Below, piece by piece: positions 25,930-34,250 of a DNA stretch of 64,000 bases. A program made the position numbers and the translations under genes. The stretch lies in contig CAZAFA010000001.1 in NCBI GenBank assembly GCA_964484655.1, positions 97,518-161,517 on the forward strand. The letters run 5' to 3'. The DNA is from an uncultured Candidatus Saccharibacteria bacterium. GTDB taxonomy: Bacteria; Patescibacteriota; Minisyncoccia; UBA6257; 2-01-FULL-56-20. Numbering within the stretch: the first letter of the stretch is position 1; each line of letters begins with the position of its first letter. A model generated the notes under the pieces. The model was given only the letters and a program-made list of their open reading frames with translations. It ran no database searches and had not been told where the DNA came from.

Positions 25930-26889
25930 ATGCGCCTAGGAGAAATCAAAAAGATACTAGACAGAGTCACTGATGGCTCGGTTATTGCCGTAGCGCATGA
26001 ACCCCTTTATGGAGATCAAGCTCAGCGTGTTGGCAACTACGGGGATGTAATCGCCGCTCTCGAGGTGCTATCTGAGCAGGACTGGAGCGAGCTCGATAAG
26101 GCAACCCTGAATAGCCTGCTGGAAAAACATCCTTCTACAGAATCCGCCATTCTCACCCAGGAAGAGTTTAGTCAGCTAAATGCGCTGGTGAGTGCAGTAA
26201 ATCAAAAGCTGCCCGTTTTCTATTCCATACTTAAAAATATGGTTGACTCTCAGGAAGAGCAGACCATTAACATTAAGCTACCAGCGGGTATTGATTCGAT
26301 TGCTAAGCTAACGAAATTCAATAACAACATCGAGAATGTACTGAAGCGTTTCAATGTTGACGGTCAGTTTGATTTTAAACAGTTCGATAAAGGATCCGAT
26401 TGGTATGTCATCGTTGCTACCAGTTATCTTTCTTACAGGTTCTTACTTGCGGGCCTGGCAACGGCGCAGAAATACCTAGAAATGAGAAAGGCCAGTTTCG
26501 AATCAAAAACTGCTGAACTAGAATACCGGGCTGCAGTTGATAAACCTGAAGTCGAACCAAAGGAAGTAAAAGCCTTCGTGGAACGCAAGCTTAAACTTTT
26601 CGTGGAGAACGAAGTCCAAGAAGCAATACAGCAACTTGGTACAGGATCAAATACTGAAGGTGAGCTTCGCGTGAAGTTGATACAGGCAACCACAGCTCTT
26701 ATTAAGGAGCTTGATGATGGAGCGGAATTCCACCTATCACTTAATCCTCCAGCTTATGCAGAGGAAAATGGTGGTCAGCTGAGGATTGACTACTCGAAAA
26801 TGCGGCCCCTTATCGAAAAGAAGGAAGAGGACAGCAAGCAACTGAACGCTCCCGCAGAGGCAGATTCCGTGGAAGATCAAACCGAATAA
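25930..26889 (+). CDS. Hypothetical protein (320 aa, acidic, coiled-coil-rich, one hydrophobic segment), low-GC block
   Basis: ATG at 25930; the track's 25906 is a TTG. No recognisable family. One central hydrophobic segment WYVIVATSYLSYRFLLAGLATA. AT-rich codon usage unlike the host genes. Confidence 0.5.
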   Translation: MRLGEIKKILDRVTDGSVIAVAHEPLYGDQAQRVGNYGDVIAALEVLSEQDWSELDKATLNSLLEKHPSTESAILTQEEFSQLNALVSAVNQKLPVFYSILKNMVDSQEEQTINIKLPAGIDSIAKLTKFNNNIENVLKRFNVDGQFDFKQFDKGSDWYVIVATSYLSYRFLLAGLATAQKYLEMRKASFESKTAELEYRAAVDKPEVEPKEVKAFVERKLKLFVENEVQEAIQQLGTGSNTEGELRVKLIQATTALIKELDDGAEFHLSLNPPAYAEENGGQLRIDYSKMRPLIEKKEEDSKQLNAPAEADSVEDQTE

Positions 26890-26903
26890 GGGTTGTTAAA
26901 TTA

Positions 26904-27371
26904 ATGGAAATCATTTTTCTCAAAGATCGGGATTGGCGGGTAAATGATGGTCGCCTTAGTCTGATTAGAGAATTTAAGCCCTTTCTAGGAAGTAAGGTAG
27001 AAAATGGGATGGCTATCACGGTAGATTCTTCTATTCCTTATGCCTCGGTAGAATTTGTAAGTCATAACCTTCCTAACCAGGCAACGGGTTTTATCACTCA
27101 CAAAGAGGACTTTATAAATCTATGGAAGGTTTTTAATGACAGGGGGATAGCCTCGAATGAAGAAGTAATTTTTTACTGGTCTACAAAGCATTACAAATCA
27201 AAAATAGTAGGGTTTCTTTCAAAAATGCTTCCCAAAATGGCTATTTACGTAGTGCCAAGCGGCACATATCAAACTGTCAGTGATATGGATTTACCGAAAG
27301 TAGATACTGCAAATGTCATGTATTACGCACTAGCGGCGAAGGATGCTTGGATCCCGGAAATAATGACTTAA
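26904..27371 (+). CDS. Hypothetical protein (155 aa), low-GC block
   Basis: Follows the previous gene after 14 nt. No recognisable domain. Low GC. Confidence 0.45.
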   Translation: MEIIFLKDRDWRVNDGRLSLIREFKPFLGSKVENGMAITVDSSIPYASVEFVSHNLPNQATGFITHKEDFINLWKVFNDRGIASNEEVIFYWSTKHYKSKIVGFLSKMLPKMAIYVVPSGTYQTVSDMDLPKVDTANVMYYALAAKDAWIPEIMT

Positions 27372-27390
27372 ATTCGGCCATAACAATATT

Positions 27391-27418
27391 ATCGTTCGAA
27401 CATCGTCCACGGCCCCCA
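27391..27418 (+). repeat. 28-bp direct repeat, copy 1
   Basis: ATCGTTCGAACATCGTCCACGGCCCCCA, identical at 27/28 positions to 27632-27659. Contains the palindrome GTTCGAAC. Confidence 0.6.
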
Positions 27419-27631
27419 ATTAGTATGATTTAGATATGAAGAGACACTGGCTTGAGCATATTGAAGGATCATTCTCGCTATCGCCCTACCTGCGGGTTTG
27501 ATAGCCTTATTACTTGATCCGTCAGCGACAAATGGCCTCCTATTTCTTATCCTCGCAGTAGCGTGGAAGCACGCAAATGGCGCCCTATAAAGGCGCGGCT
27601 ATTTGGTATCGGTTAAATTTTCAGACACAAA

Positions 27632-27659
27632 ATCGTTCGAACATCGTCCACGACCCCCA
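27632..27659 (+). repeat. 28-bp direct repeat, copy 2
   Basis: ATCGTTCGAACATCGTCCACGACCCCCA, 241 bp downstream of copy 1 in a noncoding stretch. Confidence 0.6.
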
Positions 27660-27672
27660 GTGGATATTTGAA

Positions 27673-27700
27673 AAGGCACCTGTTAAGTAACAAGTGCCTT
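27673..27700 (-). terminator. Rho-independent terminator for the minus-strand small membrane protein gene
   Basis: The stem AAGGCAC...GTGCCTT has an internal TGTTA/TAACA extension. On the minus strand it is followed by TTTTCAAATAT. Confidence 0.5.
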
Positions 27701-27724
27701 CACCTCATCAAGAGTCTGGTCAAT

Positions 27725-27955
27725 CTAATTTTCGTCGAGATAACCGCGCAGCTTCTCTACGGTTAAAGAATCGCCTCGGATAAATTCCCTCAAGCTGATT
27801 CCACAAAATCCAATAGTTAAGCTCGAGATGCCGATGATTCCAAAAAAGATGACACTGACCCAAACGCCGCCGTGAATGGTCTGCGGGTGCGTGGACATCT
27901 CATACCAACCCATAACTGTTGCAATAGCGATTAACACTAGCCCTAATAGTTTCAT
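27725..27955 (-). CDS. Small two-TM membrane protein (76 aa), low-GC block
   Basis: Start chosen at MKLLGLVLIAIATVMGW... because GGAGGT lies 8 nt upstream. The track ORF extends to 28114 but has no RBS there. Confidence 0.5.
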   Translation of the reverse strand: MKLLGLVLIAIATVMGWYEMSTHPQTIHGGVWVSVIFFGIIGISSLTIGFCGISLREFIRGDSLTVEKLRGYLDEN

Positions 27956-28072
27956 TGTGAATACCTCCGCTGAACATACTAAGTATATTGACGAATTATT
28001 CAATAGTACGCATAAGGGTTCCGATAACGTCCCACTGCGCCAGCAGCCATTTTTTAGCGATACAATTCGGTC

Positions 28073-28657
28073 ATGAAGAGCCTCAAGGACTTTGATCCGA
28101 ACGAGGTGGCACATCTCGATCTAGAGATGTGGAAGGCATACTACAGCCATAGGTTCGTCCGCCTGTTTTTCTTACTTGTTAGACTCCTGCGTAAGCAATT
28201 CGGGCTGGGCCTGTTTACTGCCATCCGTGCCGCATCTTTCGCCGCCGCGGCAGCAACCGATTTCCGTCGTAACAAAGGGAAGGAAGACAAGCAGCGTGTG
28301 TATGAGAAAGTTCTACGCTTCACGCAAATTGTTTCTGCTAACGCGCCAGAAGAGTTCAATGCAGAACAAGCTGCTACAACCGAAGTTGAGTGGTGGTTTG
28401 TCGATCGTTACCCCGAGAACTTCCTAGAAGGGGAACGTGAGAGAGGGCTAGCACGTGCAATGAGTGCTATCTACGGAGTAAACCCGGAGGCCTTAGCGGA
28501 TTATGCCAAGTATCGTGCTCAGGCCATGGTGCTCCAGGATGAAGCTGAAGAGACAGGCAAGGAGGCAGATTGGGAGAGGATGGGGATCCTGCTCAGGGAT
28601 TCCTATCGGGCATTATTCACCGCTCTTCACGAGGAGGATCGTTCGAAGTTCGTCTAG
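28073..28657 (+). CDS. Hypothetical protein (194 aa), intermediate GC
   Basis: No recognisable domain. An N-terminal amphipathic/hydrophobic segment and a C-terminal acidic region. The gene is followed by a T-tract. Confidence 0.45.
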   Translation: MKSLKDFDPNEVAHLDLEMWKAYYSHRFVRLFFLLVRLLRKQFGLGLFTAIRAASFAAAAATDFRRNKGKEDKQRVYEKVLRFTQIVSANAPEEFNAEQAATTEVEWWFVDRYPENFLEGERERGLARAMSAIYGVNPEALADYAKYRAQAMVLQDEAEETGKEADWERMGILLRDSYRALFTALHEEDRSKFV

Positions 28658-28710
28658 CTTGGCCAGCGCGGCGAGCGTTCAGGCTTTTTTCTTGATGCTA
28701 TTCTAGAGAC

Positions 28711-29091
28711 ATGACCACCATCTTCCTCGCCCAGCTCTGGGGGCCGATCTTACTCGCTGTCGCGCTCGGGATCTTCTTCAGCGCCTCGTACTACCGCCGC
28801 ATCTACCGCGAGCTCGAGAAGGACTCGCTCGCCGTCCTTCTCTTCGGCATGACCGCCACCGCGGCCGGCATCGCGCACGTCCTGTTCCATAACTCCTGGG
28901 CTTCTACGCCGGAGATTGTCGTATCCCTCCTCGGCTGGGGACTCCTCCTCAAGGGCATGCTCTTCATCATCGCACCCGGGTTCGTGGACCGCGCCGGGGA
29001 CCGATGGGCGAAGCTCAAGCTAATCCCGTTCGCAGGAGCTCTCACGCTACTGGTCGGCTTGTATCTGACCTGGTTCGCGTACCTCGCGTAG
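28711..29091 (+). CDS. Hypothetical membrane protein (126 aa, 4 TM), host-like high GC
   Basis: Four predicted TM helices. Codon usage returns to the high-GC pattern of the flanking chromosome. Confidence 0.5.
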   Translation: MTTIFLAQLWGPILLAVALGIFFSASYYRRIYRELEKDSLAVLLFGMTATAAGIAHVLFHNSWASTPEIVVSLLGWGLLLKGMLFIIAPGFVDRAGDRWAKLKLIPFAGALTLLVGLYLTWFAYLA

Positions 29092-29155
29092 AGAAGCAGT
29101 CGGCAGAGGTATCTGGTCACAATGGCAACGCACCCGTACGGGTGCGTTGTGCTAG

Positions 29156-29569
29156 CTAGTCAGACTCGAGCGGCTCCCAGTAGATCGACTCCACGACCTC
29201 TGCGGGAGCGTCGGGAGGCCACCACTCCTTGCGTATCCGTGCGACGACCGCGTCGCGGTCGGTCTCGGTGCCGAAGAGCAGGGCGAACGCCCGCTGGCGG
29301 TCGCGCGTGACCCAGGGATTCCTGCTGCGGGTTATCCATGCCTCGACCGAGTTCTCCTCCAGGAAGGCGGCGACCTCGTGCGGCGTGTGCTCGCCGCTGA
29401 GCTTGTGCCAGGCGCGATGCTCGCGTTGCGGCTTGTACAGCAGGTTGCCTCCCTCCATGTCTGGATTATGGAAGTAGCCGGCCTCGAGGAGGCGCGACTG
29501 GGGCAGGGGATGATGCGCGGTGATGCGCATGAGGTCCCGCTCCTGGCGCCTCTTCTTCTTGCGTCTCAT
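29156..29569 (-). CDS. HNH endonuclease-domain protein (137 aa)
   Basis: Starts at MRRKKKRRQERDL with GAGGT 6 nt upstream. It carries HH-x14-N-x8-N-x8-H-x3-H (HHPLPQ...FHNPD...GGNLL...HRAWH), a typical HNH core. The track ORF is longer but its extension is Arg-rich junk. Confidence 0.6.
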   Translation of the reverse strand: MRRKKKRRQERDLMRITAHHPLPQSRLLEAGYFHNPDMEGGNLLYKPQREHRAWHKLSGEHTPHEVAAFLEENSVEAWITRSRNPWVTRDRQRAFALLFGTETDRDAVVARIRKEWWPPDAPAEVVESIYWEPLESD

Positions 29570-29745
29570 TGCGCGACCTCGTTCCCGATGCCGAGCAGCC
29601 GCTTCGCGGACATCCAGAACCCGCCGGCTATGGCGTGGACGACGAACGCGATCAGCCAGAACGGCAGGACGACGTGCGACGTCCAAGGAGTCTCCGTCTC
29701 GCTCGCGAGCGCTCTCTCCATGCAGGTGTTACATAAGATGCTCAT
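29566..29745 (-). CDS. Small hypothetical protein (59 aa) with CxxC and a hydrophobic helix, translationally coupled to the HNH gene
   Basis: ATG at 29745 with AAGAGGAGG 6 nt upstream. Its TGA overlaps the HNH ATG (ATGA). At 59 aa it is below the ORF-track cutoff. A TTGACA-17-TAAAAC promoter lies on the minus strand at 29791-29819. Confidence 0.4.
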   Translation of the reverse strand: MSILCNTCMERALASETETPWTSHVVLPFWLIAFVVHAIAGGFWMSAKRLLGIGNEVAQ

Positions 29746-29831
29746 ACAGCACCTCCTCTTGATAGTATTTTGGAATCGTTGCCGAGCGCAGTTTTATCTA
29801 TTATCCTCCTAATTGTCAATATCCGGTGCCT

Positions 29832-30260
29832 ATGACCATCTTCGAGCGCGCCAAGAAGTTCGGCCTCCCGGCGGGCGAGTACGCGGTCTTCGGCAGCGCG
29901 CTGCTCGGCGCCTGGGGGATCCGCCCCGCGAAGGATCTCGACCTGATCGTCAAGCCCGATCTCTTCGCGCGGCTGCGCGCTGACGGGTGGCGGGAGTGGG
30001 TGACGCAGATGGGGCACCCGATCCTCACGCGCGACGACGCGGACGCGACGACGTACCAGGAGCCCGATCCGCGCATCGGCTACAACCCGGACCGCGCGCG
30101 GCTCATCAAGGAGGCGGTCCTGATCGAGGGCGTGCCGTTCGTGCGCGTCGAGGAGGTGATCGCGTGCAAGCGCGACTACGACCGTCCGAAGGACCGCGAC
30201 GACATCGCCGCGATCGCGCGCTATCTCGCGGAGCGGGGAGGGGATGCGATCTACGGCTAG
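29832..30260 (+). CDS. Minimal nucleotidyltransferase (MNT)-like protein
   Basis: YAVFGSALLGAWGIRPAKDLDLIV matches the GS-x9-13-DhD nucleotidyltransferase core. 143 aa; an alternative GTG start is at 29826. Confidence 0.5.
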   Translation: MTIFERAKKFGLPAGEYAVFGSALLGAWGIRPAKDLDLIVKPDLFARLRADGWREWVTQMGHPILTRDDADATTYQEPDPRIGYNPDRARLIKEAVLIEGVPFVRVEEVIACKRDYDRPKDRDDIAAIARYLAERGGDAIYG

Positions 30261-30261
30261 C

Positions 30262-30843
30262 ATGCGGGCTGCCTCCTTCCTCCGCCGCAACGCCTGGGTC
30301 ATAACCGGCACCGCCGCTGCCCTGGTCGCGCTCGCGGTCCTCGAGCTGCACGGCGGCCGCCTGCCGTGGGGCCCGGACGGGCGGTTCGGCTGGTGGGACG
30401 GGAACATCCACGGCAGCGAGAACTCGCAGCGCGTCGCCGACGCGTACTCGTTCACGCACGTCCTGCACGGCATCCTCATCTACGCGGGACTCTGGCTCTT
30501 CGCGCGCCGGGTCCCGGCCCGGTACCGCTTCCTCGCCGCGGTGCTCATCGAGGCGGGATGGGAGCTCCTCGAGAACTCGCCGTTCGTCATCGAGCGGTAC
30601 CGGGCGGGAACGGTCTCGCAGGGCTACGTGGGCGACAGCGTCCTCAACTCCGTCTCCGACGTGCTCATGATGGCGCTCGGCTTCCTCGTGGCGCACGCCT
30701 CGCCCGCGCGGCTGACCGTCGCGCTCGCTATCGCGATGGAGGTCGGACTGCTGCTCTGGGTGGGGGACAACCTCACGATCAACGTCGTCATGCTCGTCCA
30801 TCCGATCCCCGCGATCCGGGAGTGGCAGGCGGCCCATTTCTGA
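30262..30843 (+). CDS. DUF2585/UPF0314-family membrane protein
   Basis: SENSQRVADAYSFTHVLHGILIYAGLW and ...ENSPFVIERYR... resemble the conserved core of UPF0314 proteins. 4-5 TM helices. An alternative ATG lies at 30244. Confidence 0.5.
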   Translation: MRAASFLRRNAWVITGTAAALVALAVLELHGGRLPWGPDGRFGWWDGNIHGSENSQRVADAYSFTHVLHGILIYAGLWLFARRVPARYRFLAAVLIEAGWELLENSPFVIERYRAGTVSQGYVGDSVLNSVSDVLMMALGFLVAHASPARLTVALAIAMEVGLLLWVGDNLTINVVMLVHPIPAIREWQAAHF

Positions 30844-30917
30844 GACGGACGCGGGCGCGCATCACGCCGCAACCTTGCCACCGCGTCCACTGGTCGGTAT
30901 GCTTTGCCGCGACCTGA

Positions 30918-30990
30918 GCCCCTATAGCTCAGTTGGTAGAGCAGCTCCCTTTTAAGGAGACGGTCCTAGGTTCGAGCCCTAGTGGGGGCA
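30918..30990 (+). tRNA. tRNA-Lys (anticodon UUU), CCA not encoded
   Basis: Cloverleaf: acceptor GCCCCTA/TGGGGGC, D-arm GCTC-AGTTGGTA-GAGC, anticodon loop CTTTTAA (TTT), T-arm CTAGG-TTCGAGC-CCTAG, discriminator A. 73 nt. Confidence 0.9.
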
Positions 30991-31000
30991 CTCATTTTTC

Positions 31001-32257
31001 ATGGCGAAGCATCCCAAATTCTTCCTCACCCTGATCGTCCTGGTCTCGGTCGCGGCCGGCTTCTTCGCCTACCCGGGCTCGCCGCTGGCGAAGTACCGGC
31101 CGTGGCGCCTCGGCCTCGACCTTGTGGGCGGCTCGCACCTGACCTACGAGGTCGACCTGTCGACCGTGCAGGGAGGGGACCGCCAGCTCGTCCTCGACGG
31201 CCTGCGCGACGTCATCGAGAAGCGCGTGAACCTCTTCGGCGTCGCCGAGCCGCAGGTGTACGTCGCGAGCACCGGCGACAAGAGCAACCTCGTCGTCGAG
31301 CTCGCGGGCATCCGCGACGTCAGCGAGGCCATCAGGCTCATCGGCGAGACGCCGACCCTCGACTTCCGCGAGCTCTCGTCCTCGACGCCGAGCGTCGCCA
31401 TCGGCACGAGCACCGACGAGTTCGTCCCGACGGAGCTCACGGGCCGCTTCATCACCGGCGCGCAGCAGGTCTTCGACCCGCAGACGCGCGCGCCGATGGT
31501 CTCGATCGCGTTCAACAGCGAGGGCGCGAAGCTCTTCGGCGAGATCACCGGCCGCAACGTCGGCAAGCCGGTCGCGATCTACCTCGACGGCGCGCCGATC
31601 TCCATGCCGCGCGTGAACGAGCGCATCGACGCCGGCAACGCCGTGATAACCGGCCTCTCCGTCGACGAGGGCCGTCTCCTCGCGCAGCGCTTCAACGCGG
31701 GCGCGCTCCCGGCGCCGATCACGCTCATCGAGCAGAAGACCGTCGACGCGACGCTAGGCGCGCGCTCGCTGACCAAGGCGGCGGAAGCCGGCGCGATCGG
31801 CACGCTCCTGGTCATGATCTTCATGATCCTGTTCTACCGCGTGCGCGGCTTCTACGCCGCCCTGGCGCTCCTGATCTACGTCGTCCTCACCCTCGCGCTC
31901 TTCAAGCTCGTCCCGGTGACGCTCACGCTCGCGGGCCTTGCCGGCTTCATCCTGACCATCGGCATGGCCGTGGACGCGAACATCCTCATCTTCGAGCGCA
32001 TCAAGGAGGAGGAGCGCGCGGGTCGCTCACGCCTGGACGCGATCCGCGAGGGCTTCCATCGCGCGTGGCCGTCCATCCGCGACTCCAACATGAGCACGAT
32101 CATCACGGCCATCATCCTCTACTACTTTACGAGCGGCTTCGTGCGCGGCTTCGCCCTCACGCTCCTCCTCGGCGTCCTCGTGAGCATGTTCTCGGCGATC
32201 ACCACGACGCGCCTCTTCCTTCTGGCCTTCACCCGTAACAAGACTGCACGCGCATGA
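31001..32257 (+). CDS. secD: Protein translocase subunit SecD
   Basis: LGLDLVGGSHLTYEV..., a periplasmic domain and a C-terminal 6-TM domain. Confidence 0.9.
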   Translation: MAKHPKFFLTLIVLVSVAAGFFAYPGSPLAKYRPWRLGLDLVGGSHLTYEVDLSTVQGGDRQLVLDGLRDVIEKRVNLFGVAEPQVYVASTGDKSNLVVELAGIRDVSEAIRLIGETPTLDFRELSSSTPSVAIGTSTDEFVPTELTGRFITGAQQVFDPQTRAPMVSIAFNSEGAKLFGEITGRNVGKPVAIYLDGAPISMPRVNERIDAGNAVITGLSVDEGRLLAQRFNAGALPAPITLIEQKTVDATLGARSLTKAAEAGAIGTLLVMIFMILFYRVRGFYAALALLIYVVLTLALFKLVPVTLTLAGLAGFILTIGMAVDANILIFERIKEEERAGRSRLDAIREGFHRAWPSIRDSNMSTIITAIILYYFTSGFVRGFALTLLLGVLVSMFSAITTTRLFLLAFTRNKTARA

Positions 32258-33147
32258 GCATCACTCGCTTCAAGAACTGGTACCTCGCGATAGCCGTCGT
32301 GCTCGCGGCTGCGTCCATCGCCGCGATCGCGACCTACGGCTTCCGCCTCGGCATCGACTTCACCGGCGGCGCGCTCTGGGAGATCCAGGCGCCGAACCTG
32401 AGCTCGGAGCAGGTGAGCGCCACGCTCTCCGAGGCGGCGGGAGGCGCGGTGCACGTCTCGCGCGACGCGACCACCGGCCATTACCTCGTCCGTCTCGGCG
32501 AGTCGGACCAGGAGACGTACCAGCGCGTGCGCGCGGCGGTCCAGGAGGCCGATCCCGATTTCGCGGAATCGAGCTTCTCGTCCATCGGCCCCTCGGTGTC
32601 GACCAAGCTCCGGACCGGCGCGTTCCTCGCGATCGGCCTCGTGATCGCCTTCATCTCGCTCTACATCGTCTTCAGCTTCCGCGGCGCCGCGGGCCCGGTG
32701 AAGAGCTGGGCGTACGGCGTGTCGACCCTTATCTCGCTCTTCCACGACGTCGCCATTCCGGCCGCCGTCATCGCGCTGCTGGGCCACTACAGCCAGGTGG
32801 AGGTGGACACCAACTTCATCGTGGCGCTCCTGGTGGTCATGGGCTTCTCGGTGCACGACACCATCGTCGTCTTCGACCGCGTCCGCGAGAACGTCGGCCG
32901 CATGCGCGCCAGCTTCGGCGAGGTGGTGGACGCGTCCGTCCGCCAGACCCTCGCACGTTCGCTCGCGACCTCTTTCACGCTGGCGCTGGTCCTCGTGGCG
33001 CTCCTGTTCGGCGGCCCGCCGAGCCTCTACTACTTCGTCCTGATCCTCCTCATCGGCGTCATCGCCGGAGCCTACTCGTCGATATTCGTGGCCTCTCCTA
33101 TCCTGCTGCTCCTGAGCGGGGGACGGCGGGCCAGGAAGCGCACCTAG
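32254..33147 (+). CDS. secF: Protein translocase subunit SecF
   Basis: GIDFTGG..., a 6-TM SecF core with a 4-nt overlap with secD. Confidence 0.9.
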   Translation: MSITRFKNWYLAIAVVLAAASIAAIATYGFRLGIDFTGGALWEIQAPNLSSEQVSATLSEAAGGAVHVSRDATTGHYLVRLGESDQETYQRVRAAVQEADPDFAESSFSSIGPSVSTKLRTGAFLAIGLVIAFISLYIVFSFRGAAGPVKSWAYGVSTLISLFHDVAIPAAVIALLGHYSQVEVDTNFIVALLVVMGFSVHDTIVVFDRVRENVGRMRASFGEVVDASVRQTLARSLATSFTLALVLVALLFGGPPSLYYFVLILLIGVIAGAYSSIFVASPILLLLSGGRRARKRT

Positions 33148-33149
33148 GC

Positions 33150-33180
33150 TTGACTTTCCCACCAAAATCGCCGATATTAT
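33150..33180 (+). promoter_or_regulatory. Sigma70-like promoter TTGACTTTCCC...GATATTAT
   Basis: The -35 TTGACT lies within the context TTGACTTTCCC, as at 8799. The -10 candidates are GATATT (17-nt spacer) or TATTAT (19-nt spacer). The ATG of the next gene is at 33198. Confidence 0.4.
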
Positions 33181-33197
33181 CCAACATAAGTAAACAG

Positions 33198-34229
33198 ATG
33201 TCCATCACGAAGCTAATCGAGAACGCCTGGGCACACCTGCAGCCTCGCCAGCGCGACATCCTCGCCGGCCGCTTCGGCGTCGGGGAGTACGACGAGCAGC
33301 AGACCCTCGCCGCGCTTGGCGAGCGGTACGGCATCACCCGCGAGCGGGTCCGCCAGATCGAGGCCGCCGCGCTCGCCGGGCTCCGCGAGGCGCTCTCCGA
33401 TTCCGCGGACGCGAAGGCGCTCCAGGACAAGGTGAAGAAGATCGTGAAGGAGCATGCCGGCGTGGCTTCCGTCGAGCAGGTGCTCGCCGGGCTCAAGAGC
33501 GAGGTGAAGGACCTCTCGGCCAACGCGCTCCAGCTCGTCATCCGTGCGATGAACAACCTGCACTACCACGACGGCGACGACCGCTTCGTGGCCGCGTACG
33601 CGCAGGACGCCGCGGCCTTTAAGTCCATGGCCGAGCACGTCGCGGGCTGGATCAAGACGCTCGAGCAGAAGAAGGAGCACGTGCTCGCGAGCAACGCGTA
33701 CAAGGCGCTGCAGACGGCGTACGCCAAGGATCGCCAGATCACCGTCCGCGCGCTCGAGCAGTACGCGGGCCTCTCGAAGAAGCTCGTGACCAACGCCTTC
33801 GGGCAGACCGGCCTCGTCCACTGGACCGAGGTGAACCCGCGCACCGTCCGCGACCAGATCTACCTGATCCTGCGCAAGCACCAGGCGCCGCTCCATTTCG
33901 AGGAGATCGCGACGGCTATCAACAAGAGCGGCATCGCCGCGCGCCCCGCGCTCTCCGCGACCGTGCACAACGAGCTCATCAAGGACGAGCGCTTCGTGCT
34001 CGTCGGACGCGGCAAGTACGCGCTCGCCGAGGCCGGCTACACGCCGGGCACCGCGCGCGAGGTCGTGCACCGCATCCTCAAGGAGCAGGGCCCGCTCGAC
34101 GCGAACGAGGTCATCGAGGCCGTCCAGAAGGAGCGCCTCTTCAAGCCCAACACCATCCTGGTCAACCTGCAGAACCGGCAGCACTTCAGCCGCAACCCGG
34201 ACGGGACGTACCAGGTACGCGAGGCGTAG
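33198..34229 (+). CDS. DNA-binding protein: N-terminal sigma-70 region-4-like HTH plus two C-terminal HARE-HTH-like winged-helix domains
   Basis: RQRDILAGRFGV...TLAALGERYGITRERVRQIEAAAL is a classical sigma region 4.2 HTH. Later EIATAINKSG...RFVLVGRGKYALAE and EVIEAVQKERLF...PDGTYQVRE fit the HARE-HTH pattern. Confidence 0.55.
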   Translation: MSITKLIENAWAHLQPRQRDILAGRFGVGEYDEQQTLAALGERYGITRERVRQIEAAALAGLREALSDSADAKALQDKVKKIVKEHAGVASVEQVLAGLKSEVKDLSANALQLVIRAMNNLHYHDGDDRFVAAYAQDAAAFKSMAEHVAGWIKTLEQKKEHVLASNAYKALQTAYAKDRQITVRALEQYAGLSKKLVTNAFGQTGLVHWTEVNPRTVRDQIYLILRKHQAPLHFEEIATAINKSGIAARPALSATVHNELIKDERFVLVGRGKYALAEAGYTPGTAREVVHRILKEQGPLDANEVIEAVQKERLFKPNTILVNLQNRQHFSRNPDGTYQVREA

Positions 34230-34250
34230 CGTAGAATAGGGAGTGATCCC

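Noticed and set aside
27391-27659. Two 28-bp direct repeats as a minimal CRISPR array
   Set aside because: There are only two copies and the intervening sequence is ~213 bp, far longer than CRISPR spacers. There are no cas genes nearby.
30918-30990. tRNA-Lys as an integration site (att) for the upstream low-GC island
   Set aside because: The island lies on the 5' side of the tRNA and ~2 kb away, with host-like genes in between. No duplicated tRNA 3' end was found at the other boundary. The 28-bp repeats do not match the tRNA.
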